Shown: in pieces, positions 1-10,856 of the stretch | Position numbering within the stretch: position 1 is the first letter of the stretch | Layout: every line of letters starts with the position of its first letter | Sequence record: LC537471.1 | Direction: 5' to 3' (one strand) | DNA length: 32,000 nucleotides | The notes under the pieces: generated by a model | Database searches by the model: none | Seen by the model: the letters and a program-made list of their open reading frames with translations, nothing else | Told to the model about the DNA's origin: nothing | Made by a program: the position numbers and the translations under genes

Positions 1-1168
1 TTTCACGAAGTAAATTATATGATAATGAATATGAATAAATTACTATTTTTTTGTGTGAAACTGAAGCTTTTGAAAAATTTAAAGAATTATTAATTTGAGC
101 CCAGCTTAACTGAGAACTTAAATTTTGAGTATTAACTAAATTTGAATTATTAAACAAGCTATTCACTCCCAACGATTTATAATGAATGTATGTTTTTTCA
201 TTTTGAATAAAAGTTCGAAGTTGATTATACGAAACAGTCCCACGTAATAACAAATCAACAGATTCTTGAACATTTTCATGAATAGTCCAAGAGTTTTGTT
301 CGTTAATTTCAATAACAATTTGAAACGCAGGATAAGCTTTTCGTTCTAAAATACTTTTTTGAGTTTTACGCCGTTTTGCTTCTTCATCACTTAAAGTTAC
401 ATATTGAATACCACCAATTAAATCTGTTAAAGGTGGGTTTTTAATAACATTTTCTAGACAATTACCATGTGTAGTTCCAACTAATTGAACACCTTTCTCT
501 GCAATTGTTCTCGCAGCAAGTGCTTCTAATTCAGTTGCAATTTCATCAATAATAATAACTTGAGGCATATGATTTTCGACAGCTTCAATCATTACTTGAT
601 GTTGACAATTTGTTTGTGCAACTTGCATTCGACGCGCTCGTCCAATACCAGGATGAGGAATATCACTATCACCCGCAATTTCATTGGAAGTATCAACAAT
701 AATTACACGTTTGCCCATTTCATCAGATAAGACACGTGCGATTTCTCGAATAATTGTTGTTTTACCTACACCCGGTTTACCCAAAATTAAAATAGATTGT
801 CCAGATTCTAATAAATCCCGAATTACTGAAATTGTACCAAAAATTGCGCGACCGACACGACAAGTTAAGCCTGTAATTAAAAATTGACGATTTCGAATAC
901 AACTGATTCGATGTAAGGTTCGTTCAATCCCAGCTCGATTTTCTGTACTAAATTTTCCAATTCTTTTTGTTGTATAATCTAAATCCTGCCATGAAATAAA
1001 TTTTTGTGACAAATATTCGGGACCATGTGAAAATCTAACTTCAGGGCGTCGACCTAAATCCATAACAATTTCAATAATCTTATCTTTTGAAGTATGTTTT
1101 TCAATATGACTATTAAAAAATGATGGGAGAGTTTCTATTAATTTATCTAAATCTTCATCTACACTCAT
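1..1168 (-). CDS. ycf45: Ycf45-like P-loop ATPase (conserved plastid/cyanobacterial ORF of unknown function); the C-terminus runs off the left window edge
   Basis: Absent from the ORF track because there is no stop in the window. My own translation from the ATG at 1168-1166 stays open to base 1: [25 protein letters not shown]... It contains Walker [12 protein letters not shown], a Walker B-like PQVIIIDEI, then VGTTHG. The family name is from memory of red-lineage plastid ycf45. Confidence 0.7.
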   Translation of the reverse strand, partial: MSVDEDLDKLIETLPSFFNSHIEKHTSKDKIIEIVMDLGRRPEVRFSHGPEYLSQKFISWQDLDYTTKRIGKFSTENRAGIERTLHRISCIRNRQFLITGLTCRVGRAIFGTISVIRDLLESGQSILILGKPGVGKTTIIREIARVLSDEMGKRVIIVDTSNEIAGDSDIPHPGIGRARRMQVAQTNCQHQVMIEAVENHMPQVIIIDEIATELEALAARTIAEKGVQLVGTTHGNCLENVIKNPPLTDLIGGIQYVTLSDEEAKRRKTQKSILERKAYPAFQIVIEINEQNSWTIHENVQESVDLLLRGTVSYNQLRTFIQNEKTYIHYKSLGVNSLFNNSNLVNTQNLSSQLSWAQINNSLNFSKASVSHKKIVIYSYSLSYNLLRE

Positions 1169-1270
1169 ATAGTGAAACCTAAAATTATTTTTAATTATTA
1201 TTATACTTGAGCTTCATTAAATTAAGAGTACCTGGTTATTAGCAAAAAATTAAAAATTAAAAAGTTTAAT

Positions 1271-1307
1271 AAAAATTCATCATTAATAAAAATAATGATG
1301 AATTTTT
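1271..1307 (-). terminator. 3' stem-loop downstream of petD (probable RNA 3'-end or stability element)
   Basis: Perfect 15-bp inverted repeat AAAAATTCATCATTA (1271-1285) / TAATGATGAATTTTT (1293-1307) with a 7-nt loop, about 20 nt past the petD stop. Confidence 0.55.
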
Positions 1308-1329
1308 TTAAGAAAAAGTTGATAAAAAT

Positions 1330-1812
1330 TTACCAGAAGCCTAATGAAACAGCTTTATCAATTGGTAAACATGCACCAATACCAAACCAAACTGCAAAGA
1401 AGAATCCAAGAATGAATACTAAACTTGCAATTGGACGACGGAATGGATTTTGGAATTTATTTACATTTTCAATAAATGGTACAGTGATTAAACCTGCAGG
1501 TACTGCAGCCATAGCTAATACACCTAATAATTTATTTGGTAAAACACGTAATAAATTGAATGTTGGGAAGAAGTACCATTCTGGTAAAATTTCTAATGGT
1601 GTGTTAAATGGATCAGCTGGTTCACCCATTTGTGTTGGTGCCATTACACCTAAACCAATACAACATGCAAATGTACCTAAAATACAAATTGGGAATACAT
1701 ATAATAAATCATTTGGCCATGCTGGTTCACCATAATAGTTATGGCCCATACCTTTAGCTAATTTAGCACGTAATTTCGGATCTGATAAATCTGGTTTTTT
1801 AATTACTGACAT
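1330..1812 (-). CDS. petD: Cytochrome b6f complex subunit IV
   Basis: 160-aa [44 protein letters not shown]... is the canonical PetD N-terminus. It lies directly downstream of petB, as in cyanobacteria and plastids. Confidence 0.97.
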   Translation of the reverse strand: MSVIKKPDLSDPKLRAKLAKGMGHNYYGEPAWPNDLLYVFPICILGTFACCIGLGVMAPTQMGEPADPFNTPLEILPEWYFFPTFNLLRVLPNKLLGVLAMAAVPAGLITVPFIENVNKFQNPFRRPIASLVFILGFFFAVWFGIGACLPIDKAVSLGFW

Positions 1813-1864
1813 AATTATTCCTTATTAAAATATTAATATTGTAGCTAATTTCGTTAAATCGAAA

Positions 1865-2512
1865 TTAAAGTGGTCCTGAAATACCTTGTTTACGAATCAT
1901 TAAGAAGTGCGTTAACATTAACACAGCTGCAGCCAATGGTAAAACAAAAGTATGTGCACTGTAGAAACGTGTTAAAGTACTTTGACCTACACTTTCACCA
2001 CCACGTAATACTAATACTAAAGGCTCACCAACAACTGGTACTGCTGCAGGAACACCCGTTACAATTTTACAAGCCCAGAAACCAACTTGATCCCAAGGTA
2101 ATGAATAACCGGTAACACCAAAAGATACAGTAACAACTGCTAAAATCACACCCGTAACCCATGTTAACTCACGTGGTTTTTTAAAACCACCAGTTAAATA
2201 TACACGGAAAACGTGTAAAACCATCATCATTACCATCATACTTGCTGACCAACGGTGAACAGAACGGATTAACCAACCAAAGTTAACACTTGTCATAATG
2301 TATTCTACTGATGCAAAAGCATCAACTACACTTGGACGGTAATAGAACGTCATAGCAAAACCAGTTGCTACTTGAACTAAGAAACATGTGAAAACAATAC
2401 CACCAAAACAGTAGAAAATGTTAACATGTGGCGGTACATATTTACTTGAAATATCATCTGCAATCGCTTGCACTTCTAAACGTTCTTCAAACCAATCGTA
2501 AACTTTACCCAT
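1865..2512 (-). CDS. petB: Cytochrome b6
   Basis: 215-aa [41 protein letters not shown]... is canonical cytochrome b6. Confidence 0.97.
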   Translation of the reverse strand: MGKVYDWFEERLEVQAIADDISSKYVPPHVNIFYCFGGIVFTCFLVQVATGFAMTFYYRPSVVDAFASVEYIMTSVNFGWLIRSVHRWSASMMVMMMVLHVFRVYLTGGFKKPRELTWVTGVILAVVTVSFGVTGYSLPWDQVGFWACKIVTGVPAAVPVVGEPLVLVLRGGESVGQSTLTRFYSAHTFVLPLAAAVLMLTHFLMIRKQGISGPL

Positions 2513-2569
2513 GAGAAATTATTATAAAGAATAAAACACAGTTAAGCACAATTAAACATTTGTTATTAA

Positions 2570-2657
2570 AGGCGAGAGTGGGATTCGAACCCACGGAATC
2601 CGCAAAGATTCATCTGATTTCAAATCAGACGCAATCGACCAACTCTGCCATCTCGCC
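2570..2657 (-). tRNA. trnS: tRNA-Ser (anticodon UGA), type II with long variable arm
   Basis: The minus strand folds as GGCGAGA TG GCAG..TTGC G TCTGA-TTTGAAA-TCAGA, then a variable arm with GAATC/GATTC stem, then GTGGG-TTCGAAT-CCCAC TCTCGCC. The anticodon loop is UU-UGA-AA. Confidence 0.9.
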
Positions 2658-2660
2658 AAA

Positions 2661-2682
2661 AGATTAGTTTTAACACTAATCT
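2661..2682 (-). terminator. 3' stem-loop downstream of psaD
   Basis: 8-bp inverted repeat AGATTAGT (2661-2668) / ACTAATCT (2675-2682) with a 6-nt loop, 7 nt past the psaD stop. Confidence 0.4.
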
Positions 2683-2689
2683 TAAATAA

Positions 2690-3109
2690 TTAACTTTCGT
2701 AAGTCGTTGTTCCACTAAATTTGATTGAAGCTGGGTTTGGATTTTTACCAATTGAAAAATCACGACTGTTAACAGATGTACGACCTGGGTTTACCTTTTC
2801 AGGGAAAACACCATCTTTTGGATGTAAATACTGTACTTCACCACTTGGGAAAATTCGATAAATTTTATAATCGTTGATTTTAAAAGTTCGTAATTGTGTC
2901 CCTAAAGCTAAACATTGTTCTTTTCGAGCTAAGTAAAGTAAGTTCTCACCATTACGCATAATGGCTGCACCACCAGTTGGCATTTCAAAAATTTGTTCTT
3001 TTTTACTTGTCCATGTAATAGCGTACTTTTCTTCAACCTCAGCTGCTCGTAACCAGCCACCAGTACTTCCACCGAAAGTTGGAAATGGTGTTTGTAAATT
3101 TAATGTCAT
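2690..3109 (-). CDS. psaD: Photosystem I subunit II (PsaD)
   Basis: 139-aa [24 protein letters not shown] and [17 protein letters not shown] are blocks typical of PsaD. Confidence 0.93.
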   Translation of the reverse strand: MTLNLQTPFPTFGGSTGGWLRAAEVEEKYAITWTSKKEQIFEMPTGGAAIMRNGENLLYLARKEQCLALGTQLRTFKINDYKIYRIFPSGEVQYLHPKDGVFPEKVNPGRTSVNSRDFSIGKNPNPASIKFSGTTTYES

Positions 3110-3191
3110 AAGTAAAACCTTATTAATATTTAACGTTCAATATAATATTTTAATCAAAAAACTTTTTTTGTACGCTAAATTCGAAATTTTC

Positions 3192-3265
3192 TAGCGGAGA
3201 ATGGATTTGAACCATTGACCTTCGGGTTATGAGCCCAACGAGCTACCAGACTGCTCTACTCCGCG
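3192..3265 (-). tRNA. trnfM: Initiator tRNA-fMet (anticodon CAU)
   Basis: Minus strand: CGCGGAG TA GAGC AGTCTGGTA GCTC G TTGGG-CTCATAA-CCCGA AGGTC AATGG-TTCAAAT-CCATT CTCCGCT A. It has three consecutive G:C pairs closing the anticodon stem and a mismatched 1:72 pair (C1/U72). Both are initiator hallmarks. Confidence 0.88.
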
Positions 3266-3344
3266 AGTTTCTAACTTACGATCGTAATATTATTATACAT
3301 GACTTTATGAAAAAAAACTAGTACATGTTAAAAAATCGTTTATT

Positions 3345-3378
3345 ATTTTAACTTTATTATTTTTAATAAAGTTAAAAT
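3345..3378 (-). terminator. 3' stem-loop downstream of rps2 (end of the rpoB-rpoC1-rpoC2-rps2 cluster)
   Basis: Perfect 15-bp inverted repeat ATTTTAACTTTATTA (3345-3359) / TAATAAAGTTAAAAT (3364-3378) with a 4-nt loop, 8 nt past the rps2 stop. Confidence 0.55.
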
Positions 3379-3386
3379 AAGAATAT

Positions 3387-4070
3387 TTAATTAGATCTAC
3401 CTGAATTAATACTATCTGTTAAAGACTGTAAAATTAATTTAATAGAACGTACAGCATCATCATTTCCTGGAATTGGAATATCTACTAAATCAGGATCACA
3501 ATTAGTATCTAAAATGGAAATAATCGGAATTCCTAATTTACGACATTCACGCACAGCTGTCATTTCACGTTTTTGATCAACGATAATGGCAACATCTGGA
3601 ACACGTGGCATATCTTTAATACCGTTTAAATGCTTACGTAATTTTTCTAATTCTTTACGACGTAAAGAAGCTTCTTTTTTTGGTAATAAGTTAAATACTT
3701 GATCTGCTTCTTCTTTTTCTAATGTTTTTAAACGCTCAATTCGACTTTTTAAAGTTACCCAGTTTGTTAACATACCACCTAACCAACGGTGATTTACATA
3801 ATATGAGTCACAACGTTTTGCTTCCTGAGCAATTAAGCTACTTGCTTGACGTTTTGTTCCAATGAATAAGAAAACTTTATCTTTACTCGCTTCTGATTTT
3901 ACGTATGCGTTTGCTTCTTTTAATAATTGTGCCGATTGTACTAAATCTAAAATATGAATATTATTTCGTTCAGTATAAATATATGGGAACATTTTCGGAT
4001 TCCAGCGATAAGCTTTGTGACCAAAATGAACACCTGCATCTAATAATTGGGCTAAAGTTAAATCAGCCAT
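3387..4070 (-). CDS. rps2: 30S ribosomal protein S2
   Basis: 227-aa [35 protein letters not shown]... is canonical S2. It follows rpoC2, as in cyanobacteria and plastids. Confidence 0.96.
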   Translation of the reverse strand: MADLTLAQLLDAGVHFGHKAYRWNPKMFPYIYTERNNIHILDLVQSAQLLKEANAYVKSEASKDKVFLFIGTKRQASSLIAQEAKRCDSYYVNHRWLGGMLTNWVTLKSRIERLKTLEKEEADQVFNLLPKKEASLRRKELEKLRKHLNGIKDMPRVPDVAIIVDQKREMTAVRECRKLGIPIISILDTNCDPDLVDIPIPGNDDAVRSIKLILQSLTDSINSGRSN

Positions 4071-4081
4071 AAATTTTTTAA

Positions 4082-4087
4082 CTCCTT
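4082..4087 (-). promoter_or_regulatory. Shine-Dalgarno-like AAGGAG for rps2
   Basis: The minus strand reads AAGGAG, 11 nt upstream of the rps2 ATG (4070). Confidence 0.5.
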
Positions 4088-4157
4088 AAAAAATAGAATA
4101 GGTAAATATTTGTTTATAACAGTACCAAAAAAGAAATAAAAGCGTCCAGTTTTATTT

Positions 4158-7100
4158 TTAAACTTTTTCAAATACTGAAACTTGTTTAATATATTTTGTT
4201 CTTTCTTCAGATTCTTTTACAAAACAATCTTGATAATTTTGCGAACCTGTTCCAGCTGGAATTAAATGCCCAATAATAATATTTTCTTTTAAACCTCGTA
4301 ACCAATCAACCCGACCTTCAATTGCAGCTTTTGTTAATACCCGCGTTGTTTCTTGGAAACTAGCTGCAGAAATAAAACTCGGATTATTTAAAGCAGCTTT
4401 AGTAATACCTAATAATAACGGTACATAAAATGCAGTTTGTTTATTATTACGCGAAACAATATCATTAATATATTGAATATGGTATAAATCAATAACTTCA
4501 CGTGGTAATAACGGAGTATCACCTTCATGTGTAATTAAAACTTTTGTAGTCATTTGTTTTATAATAACTTCCAAATGTTTATCAGCAATTCCTACACCTT
4601 GTGATTCGTATACTGATTGAACAGAATTTAAAATCAATGACTGAACTTTTTTGAAACTTCGATAACTTGCTTCATAATTATTCGCTAAACGATATGAAGT
4701 GACGTTTTCTGTGCGATCACAGAAAAACGTTTTAATTAAACCATAATAATTAAAATATACTTTTAATAAAGCATGTGGGTTAAATTTTTCCGTTTCTTTA
4801 ATAGTCGTACCTAATTTTCTAAATTCAAAATTTGAATCAAGACTAGTTTTTTGAACTAGAAGACCTCTTTTCTGATTTGTTGAAACATTTTTACTAATTT
4901 GACGTTTTTTTCGAGCTTCTAACAATTCTTCAATTCGTGGTAAACCTTGAACAATATCACCAGTAATTTCTTTTTCAAAATTTAATAACCCTAAAGTTTG
5001 CCCATCAGCAACAAATTCACCATTTTTACAGAAAACACTATTACTATCTTGTTCAAAATAATCCTCCGTTAAGGAATGAATTCCAATTGATTTTGAAAAT
5101 GGATATCCATAAAATTGAACTCGAATTAAACTAGGTTGATCATTTGATTTTGTCGAACGGTCAACTAAATCAGAATTTTTAAAGAAAACGGAATAATGAA
5201 CTCTTCGTTTTTTTAACCATGACGTTTCTTTTTTTGTAACAACATCTGATAAAATTGACTCCTCAGTTTGTGTTGGGGTTAATGCAAAATTTTTAACAAA
5301 TAATGGAATTGGTGAACTATATAAATTCCCATCTTTTTTAATAAACATTTTTGGCAATTCAATTTTTGAACCGTTTGAAAACTCATTGTCAATTGAAGTA
5401 TCCAACTTTTGTGTTAAAACCTTTTTAGTAATATCGTAATAATTTAATTGAATTTGACGATTAGTCGTTTTAGTATTTGTAAACGGTAATTGTTTCTCTG
5501 AAAGAACTTTATAAGTTAGCGAATTTTCGGACAAATTATCTTGTGTTTGACAATTTGGGAAGAAATAAGGGCGACCTTTTTGGATTGTTAAAAATTGACC
5601 ATTATCAATAAGAATTTTACCGATTTGATTAACATTGACCCCTTTGATAATTAAATCATTTACGGACTTATTTGGAAGTTTTGATTTTGGAAGTGTTAAA
5701 CAATCATCATTTGAAATCAATAAAACTTGACGAGTCTGTTTATATTTAGATTTTAATTTAACAATTTCCAATGACTTTTCACTAGTATTTTCAAAATAAC
5801 CTAAAGTTGTATAACTATCAATAAATTGCCCCGGTTGAACTAATAAACATGATTCAATACCAGTATATTTTAAATGGGCTGGCAAATAATTTGGTAAATG
5901 AATAGTTTCAATAAGATTAAATTTTACCAAATTTTTGATTTTATCAATATTGAATTTAATTGTTATTTTATTCTGTGGAGAATTTTTTAAGTTTAAATCA
6001 AAAATTGTTGAAACTAAATTTAAAGATTCTGCTGTTTTAACTTTTTGATTAGATTTATATAAATAATGTGTACTACTATTTAAACCTAAAACATCCACTA
6101 AAGAATTTGAGTTTTTCCAAATATTTTGAATTAACTTCGGTTTTGGAATTTCATAAATATCTAATGGTCGAATCAATAATTGATCATTTGTTTTTCCCAC
6201 AATATGTTGACATAAAGAGGGACCCACAATTTGAATATTTTCAAAAATCATTTCACCTGGATAAAAGACTTTATTTGCAAAGTTTTTAAAGTTTTTTCCT
6301 TGGTAAACTAAACCAGATTTAATTGAAATTTCGGAAACTAAATTATTTTTATAATTAATAATTACAATACCAGATTTTTTTGAAAATAATCCTGGTATAA
6401 TTTCAAAATTATCCGAAATAAAACTTCCATGTTCAACTAATAATAAGTTTTTATCACAATTTAATTTGTATGTTTCTTCGGGTAACCAAACTAAAGCGCG
6501 AGAATAAATTTGTAATGGAGTTTTATTTAAACTCAAAGGTAAAAATTTTAAATTATTTCCTCCCGTTGTTTGTCCATCAATCAATTGATTTTGATAATAA
6601 GAAACTAATTTCGTACTTGGTAATATTTTTTGTTTTACACGTTGATCATAATACGGAATACCACCAATTTGAGTTGTATATTTATTAGTAATTAAATTAC
6701 CAAAATATGTAGGTGCAACAGTATTAAGTTCTAATGTGCCATTTTTCGAAATTAGATTCACAAAATAACTTTGATCGGTTGATTGATAAATATATTTATT
6801 TAAATCAATAGTTTTAATTGTTGAATTTTTTAAAATAGACTGCGTCGTACTAATTTCTAAAATTCGTTCAAAAATCTGTGATTTATCATTTGCTACATTA
6901 ACAAAACCAGGGTATTGATTAATGAATTTTGTTCGGAAAATAAAACTTTCTTTATTAATTTTATGATCCGTATAATAATTTAAAAAAGAATTTGTTGGCG
7001 CTTGATATACCTGCCCAGATAAAATCCATAATAACTTGTTTTTATTAATAAAGTTACGTTTTTTCTTTAATCTCGGAATAAACACTTCACCTGAAGAAGT

Positions 7101-8405
7101 ACTTAATATTGGTTTAATTTCTGTTCGTGTTTGTGCTGCGGTATTTGATAATTCCCCAAGAATTGTTCCTTTTTTAACATATTGATTATTTTTTGCAAAT
7201 AACATAGTGTTTGGAAGTACTTCCAATTGAACTAACTCCTGGTTTTTATTTTCCGGAACAATAACCAACGAACCTGAGTTTTTCGTAAGTAAAACGTCTT
7301 CACCCCGATTTGTTCGTAAAGTTAAGGTTTTTAATAATTTTGAAAATTTAATAATTCCATTTACTGAACTGATTACCTGTTGACGGGCTTCCGAAGTAAA
7401 AATCCCCCCTGTATGGAACGTACGCATAGTTAATTGTGTTCCTGGCTCACCAATTGATTGACCTGCAATAATTCCTACAGCTTCACCAATATCTACAAGA
7501 TTTTCATTTGCTAAATCCCACCCATAACATTTTTGACAAATGGAACGATATAAACTACATGTCAATGGTGATCTAATATAAACCGGTGAAGTTTCTATAG
7601 TTTGAAACGTTTTGATTAAGTTTGGGGTAAGCTGTGTATCTTTTTGTGCTAATAATTGATTTGTGTTCAATTCATAGACAGGTTTACTTAATAACCGTCC
7701 AATAATTTGATCCGTATTTTGAATGTCACTAACAAAACAAGAATGTTGTGTTTTACAATCTCGTTCACGAATAATGATATCTTGAGAAACATCAATCAAA
7801 CGACGAGTTAAATAACCCGAATTGGCTGTCTTTAAAGCGGTATCTACAATCCCTTTTCGTGCACCATATCCTGACATTAAATAATCAGTAATAGTTAAAC
7901 CTTCACGGAAATTTTTCTTAATAGGTAATTGTAAAATTTCACCACTTGGATCAGACATTAATCCTCGCATCCCAACTAATTGACGAACTTGTGACAAATT
8001 ACCTCGCGCACCTGAAAAGGCCATAATATATACGGAGTTTAAAGGATCATAAGCTTTAAAAAATGAAACAACTTCATCTTTTAATGATTCACTTGTAATA
8101 CTCCAGGTATCAATGATTTTTTGAAATTTTTCAACATCTGTAATCTTACCTTTTAAGCAAATCTTTTCAGCATTTAGAATTTCACGTTGGGCATTTTCCA
8201 ACATTTCATTTTTAACAAAAGGTACGCGTAAATCTTCAATACTAATTGAAATACCCGCTTGACTAGCATATTTAAAACCCAAATATTTTAATTCATCTGC
8301 TAACGAACAAGCTTGCATTGAATTATATTCTGTAAAACTCCATGCTAATAATCGTTTTAATTCTTTTTTACTAATAAGAGTATTTTGATATTTATAGTTT
8401 TTCAT
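4158..8405 (-). CDS. rpoC2: RNA polymerase beta'' subunit (C-terminal part of the split beta')
   Basis: 1415-aa ORF. Conserved beta' blocks are SGARGN..QLVGMRGLM, AGQSIGEPGTQLTMRTFHTGG (trigger loop, first half), GDIVQGLPRIEELLEARK (second half), and the C-terminal GRVDWLRGLKENIIIGHLIPAGTG. Confidence 0.96.
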   Translation of the reverse strand: MKNYKYQNTLISKKELKRLLAWSFTEYNSMQACSLADELKYLGFKYASQAGISISIEDLRVPFVKNEMLENAQREILNAEKICLKGKITDVEKFQKIIDTWSITSESLKDEVVSFFKAYDPLNSVYIMAFSGARGNLSQVRQLVGMRGLMSDPSGEILQLPIKKNFREGLTITDYLMSGYGARKGIVDTALKTANSGYLTRRLIDVSQDIIIRERDCKTQHSCFVSDIQNTDQIIGRLLSKPVYELNTNQLLAQKDTQLTPNLIKTFQTIETSPVYIRSPLTCSLYRSICQKCYGWDLANENLVDIGEAVGIIAGQSIGEPGTQLTMRTFHTGGIFTSEARQQVISSVNGIIKFSKLLKTLTLRTNRGEDVLLTKNSGSLVIVPENKNQELVQLEVLPNTMLFAKNNQYVKKGTILGELSNTAAQTRTEIKPILSTSSGEVFIPRLKKKRNFINKNKLLWILSGQVYQAPTNSFLNYYTDHKINKESFIFRTKFINQYPGFVNVANDKSQIFERILEISTTQSILKNSTIKTIDLNKYIYQSTDQSYFVNLISKNGTLELNTVAPTYFGNLITNKYTTQIGGIPYYDQRVKQKILPSTKLVSYYQNQLIDGQTTGGNNLKFLPLSLNKTPLQIYSRALVWLPEETYKLNCDKNLLLVEHGSFISDNFEIIPGLFSKKSGIVIINYKNNLVSEISIKSGLVYQGKNFKNFANKVFYPGEMIFENIQIVGPSLCQHIVGKTNDQLLIRPLDIYEIPKPKLIQNIWKNSNSLVDVLGLNSSTHYLYKSNQKVKTAESLNLVSTIFDLNLKNSPQNKITIKFNIDKIKNLVKFNLIETIHLPNYLPAHLKYTGIESCLLVQPGQFIDSYTTLGYFENTSEKSLEIVKLKSKYKQTRQVLLISNDDCLTLPKSKLPNKSVNDLIIKGVNVNQIGKILIDNGQFLTIQKGRPYFFPNCQTQDNLSENSLTYKVLSEKQLPFTNTKTTNRQIQLNYYDITKKVLTQKLDTSIDNEFSNGSKIELPKMFIKKDGNLYSSPIPLFVKNFALTPTQTEESILSDVVTKKETSWLKKRRVHYSVFFKNSDLVDRSTKSNDQPSLIRVQFYGYPFSKSIGIHSLTEDYFEQDSNSVFCKNGEFVADGQTLGLLNFEKEITGDIVQGLPRIEELLEARKKRQISKNVSTNQKRGLLVQKTSLDSNFEFRKLGTTIKETEKFNPHALLKVYFNYYGLIKTFFCDRTENVTSYRLANNYEASYRSFKKVQSLILNSVQSVYESQGVGIADKHLEVIIKQMTTKVLITHEGDTPLLPREVIDLYHIQYINDIVSRNNKQTAFYVPLLLGITKAALNNPSFISAASFQETTRVLTKAAIEGRVDWLRGLKENIIIGHLIPAGTGSQNYQDCFVKESEERTKYIKQVSVFEKV

Positions 8406-8433
8406 AAAACATTTATTTTTAGAATTATATCAT

Positions 8434-10839
8434 TTAAGCCATTAATTTTAAGGTTTTCTGAATTGTATAATTGAAAATTACTCGTCCAGTTGTTGTTTGA
8501 ATATATTGAACTAAAAGCTGGCCTGAACTATCAGTTCGCAATTGAACATTTTCATAGTATTCAATCACTGTATTATCAGTTAAAACCGTGCGATTTAATA
8601 ATGAACCAATTTCAAGCATTTTTTCATTATAACGTACCCAAATTGAAGAATGTAACTCAATTTGATCCTGCGAATATGCTAAAACGACATCATCTAAATT
8701 AGCAAAATAATGATTTGACCCTAATAACCCTTGAATATTATTCACAGTTAAATAGTAACAACCTAAAACCATATCTTGACTTGGCATAATAATAGGTTCA
8801 CCATTTGCAGGTGATAAGAAATTATATGGAGCTAACATCAACATATAACATTCAGCTTGTGCTTCTAATGATAATGGCACATGAACAGCCATTTGGTCTC
8901 CATCAAAATCCGCATTAAATGCTGAACAAACTAACGGATGTAATTTAATTGCTCGGCCTTGAACTAAAATTGGTTCAAAAGCTTGAATACCTAATCGGTG
9001 TAAAGTTGGTGCTCGGTTTAAGAAAATAGGATGTGTAGCTAATACTTTTTCTAAAACAGGATCAATTGCTGACTCATTTTGTTGAATAAGATTTTTTGCT
9101 ACTTTCATATTACTAGCTAATCCTTGATTTATTAATTCACGAATAATAAATGGTTGGAAAAGCTCTAAAGCCATTTCATAAGGTAATCCACATTGATTTA
9201 ATTTTAAACTTGGACCAACTACAATTACAGAACGGCCAGAATAATCTACTCGTTTTCCTAATAAATTTTGACGGAAACGGCCATGTTTTCCTTTAATAAT
9301 ATCTGATAAAGATTTTAATGGTCGATTGTTTGCACTTAAAGCAATTTTTCCCCGTTTTCCATTATCGATTAATGTATCAACAGCTTCTTGTAACATTCGT
9401 TTTTCATTACGAATAATTAACTGAGGTGCGTCAATTTCTAATAAACGTAAAAGACGATTATTTCTAGTAATAATACGACGATATAATTCATTTAAATCTG
9501 ACGTTGCAAATCGTCCACCTTCTAATTGAATCATCGGTCGTAAGGCGGGAGGAATTACTGGTAGAATTGTGATTACCATCCATGCAGGATTTGACCCCGT
9601 CGCTTGTAAGTTTTCTAAAATTCGAATACGTTTAATCGATTGATCACGTAATTTATAAATTCGTTGATATTCCCATTTTCTAAACCATTTCGACCCATTA
9701 TAAATTGGTAGTTCTTTATGTAAAACTTTACTGCAAATTGTAATGAATCGACGGGTTTTTGCTATTTCACGATTAATATTAAGTTTTTCTAACTCTTTTT
9801 TAATTAAAACCGCACCAATTAAATAATTTGGTGTTGTTCGTAATAAATACTTTGGAGTATTTCTTCGACGATTTTGAAGGCTTGGCTTAGGGAATGGTTT
9901 CAAAGGATAACCGGTAAATCCAAGTTCTCGACTTCGACGATATTGTTGAAGATCCCAGTGTAACCCATAAAAAGAGATTTCATCTTCTGCCATAAAATAA
10001 GCTAGGGAAGCTAATTTAATTCGCTTAATTCGATTATCTCTTAAATTTACTTTGCCCGACTTAATCGCAAATTTCTTTTGATATTCTTGTTGAAATGTTT
10101 GAGCTAGCAATTGTTTTGAAGCCTCATCATTTCGTAATAAAGAAATAACCTGTTTTAATTTTTTCTTAATTTTTACAAGTTTTAAATGGGCATCACTAGT
10201 TAAACGGTTCGTGTTATAATAATCACGTGTGATTTTTGTGTATAAAATATCCCGTTTTAATTTTTGAGAATTTTCATTAAATTGGCTATCTGTCGATAAC
10301 CAATTTACTAACTCTTTCTGTTTTAACACTTCTTCAAATAATTCTGTTAATGAAGGATTATTTGAAAAATCAACTGCAGTATTTAAGACTGTGAATAAAT
10401 CAGGCAGATAATATAATAGTCCAGTATCAATTCGTTTTTCACATTGTTCAACTTCTAATAACAATGCCATATAATTTGGACGACTGTTAGTATACCAAAC
10501 ATGTGTAACTGGATAGATTAAATTAATATGACCCATGCGATGACGTCTAACTCGAGATTCCGTTAGCTCAACCCCACATCGTTCACAAATTAATCCATCA
10601 TATCGAACACGTTTATATTTCCCACAAGCACATTCTAAACTTTTACTTGGACCAAAAATTCGTTCACAAAATAAACCATCCATTTCTGGCTTAAATGTTC
10701 TGTAATTAATAGTCTCTGATTTTTGTACTTCCCAAATAAATTGACCATTTGGCAATCGTCTATGTGACCACTGTAAAATTCTTACAGGAGAAGCTAACTT
10801 AATTTTTATGTAATCAAACTCTTTTTCAGTACGTACCAT
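8434..10839 (-). CDS. rpoC1: RNA polymerase gamma / beta' N-terminal subunit
   Basis: 801-aa ORF. It has the zinc-finger region CERIFGP..CACGKY..CERCGV, then [30 protein letters not shown], and the catalytic [12 protein letters not shown]. Confidence 0.96.
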   Translation of the reverse strand: MVRTEKEFDYIKIKLASPVRILQWSHRRLPNGQFIWEVQKSETINYRTFKPEMDGLFCERIFGPSKSLECACGKYKRVRYDGLICERCGVELTESRVRRHRMGHINLIYPVTHVWYTNSRPNYMALLLEVEQCEKRIDTGLLYYLPDLFTVLNTAVDFSNNPSLTELFEEVLKQKELVNWLSTDSQFNENSQKLKRDILYTKITRDYYNTNRLTSDAHLKLVKIKKKLKQVISLLRNDEASKQLLAQTFQQEYQKKFAIKSGKVNLRDNRIKRIKLASLAYFMAEDEISFYGLHWDLQQYRRSRELGFTGYPLKPFPKPSLQNRRRNTPKYLLRTTPNYLIGAVLIKKELEKLNINREIAKTRRFITICSKVLHKELPIYNGSKWFRKWEYQRIYKLRDQSIKRIRILENLQATGSNPAWMVITILPVIPPALRPMIQLEGGRFATSDLNELYRRIITRNNRLLRLLEIDAPQLIIRNEKRMLQEAVDTLIDNGKRGKIALSANNRPLKSLSDIIKGKHGRFRQNLLGKRVDYSGRSVIVVGPSLKLNQCGLPYEMALELFQPFIIRELINQGLASNMKVAKNLIQQNESAIDPVLEKVLATHPIFLNRAPTLHRLGIQAFEPILVQGRAIKLHPLVCSAFNADFDGDQMAVHVPLSLEAQAECYMLMLAPYNFLSPANGEPIIMPSQDMVLGCYYLTVNNIQGLLGSNHYFANLDDVVLAYSQDQIELHSSIWVRYNEKMLEIGSLLNRTVLTDNTVIEYYENVQLRTDSSGQLLVQYIQTTTGRVIFNYTIQKTLKLMA

Positions 10840-10856
10840 CTTTTTCTAAAAATTTA

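Noticed and set aside
1295-1735. A 146-aa plus-strand ORF antisense to petD. There are similar antisense or embedded track ORFs at 684-887, 1870-2115, 2961-3194, 6068-6289, 6470-6688, 8490-8702, 10960-11196 and 15268-15480. Others lie at 17606-17863, 20603-20842, 21228-21554, 21937-22183, 23039-23224, 23425-23727, 26303-26560, 27088-27276 and 29409-29618.
   Set aside because: Each lies wholly or mostly inside a strongly conserved gene on the other strand or in another frame, and none has a recognisable motif. Long antisense ORFs are expected in genes with biased codon usage.
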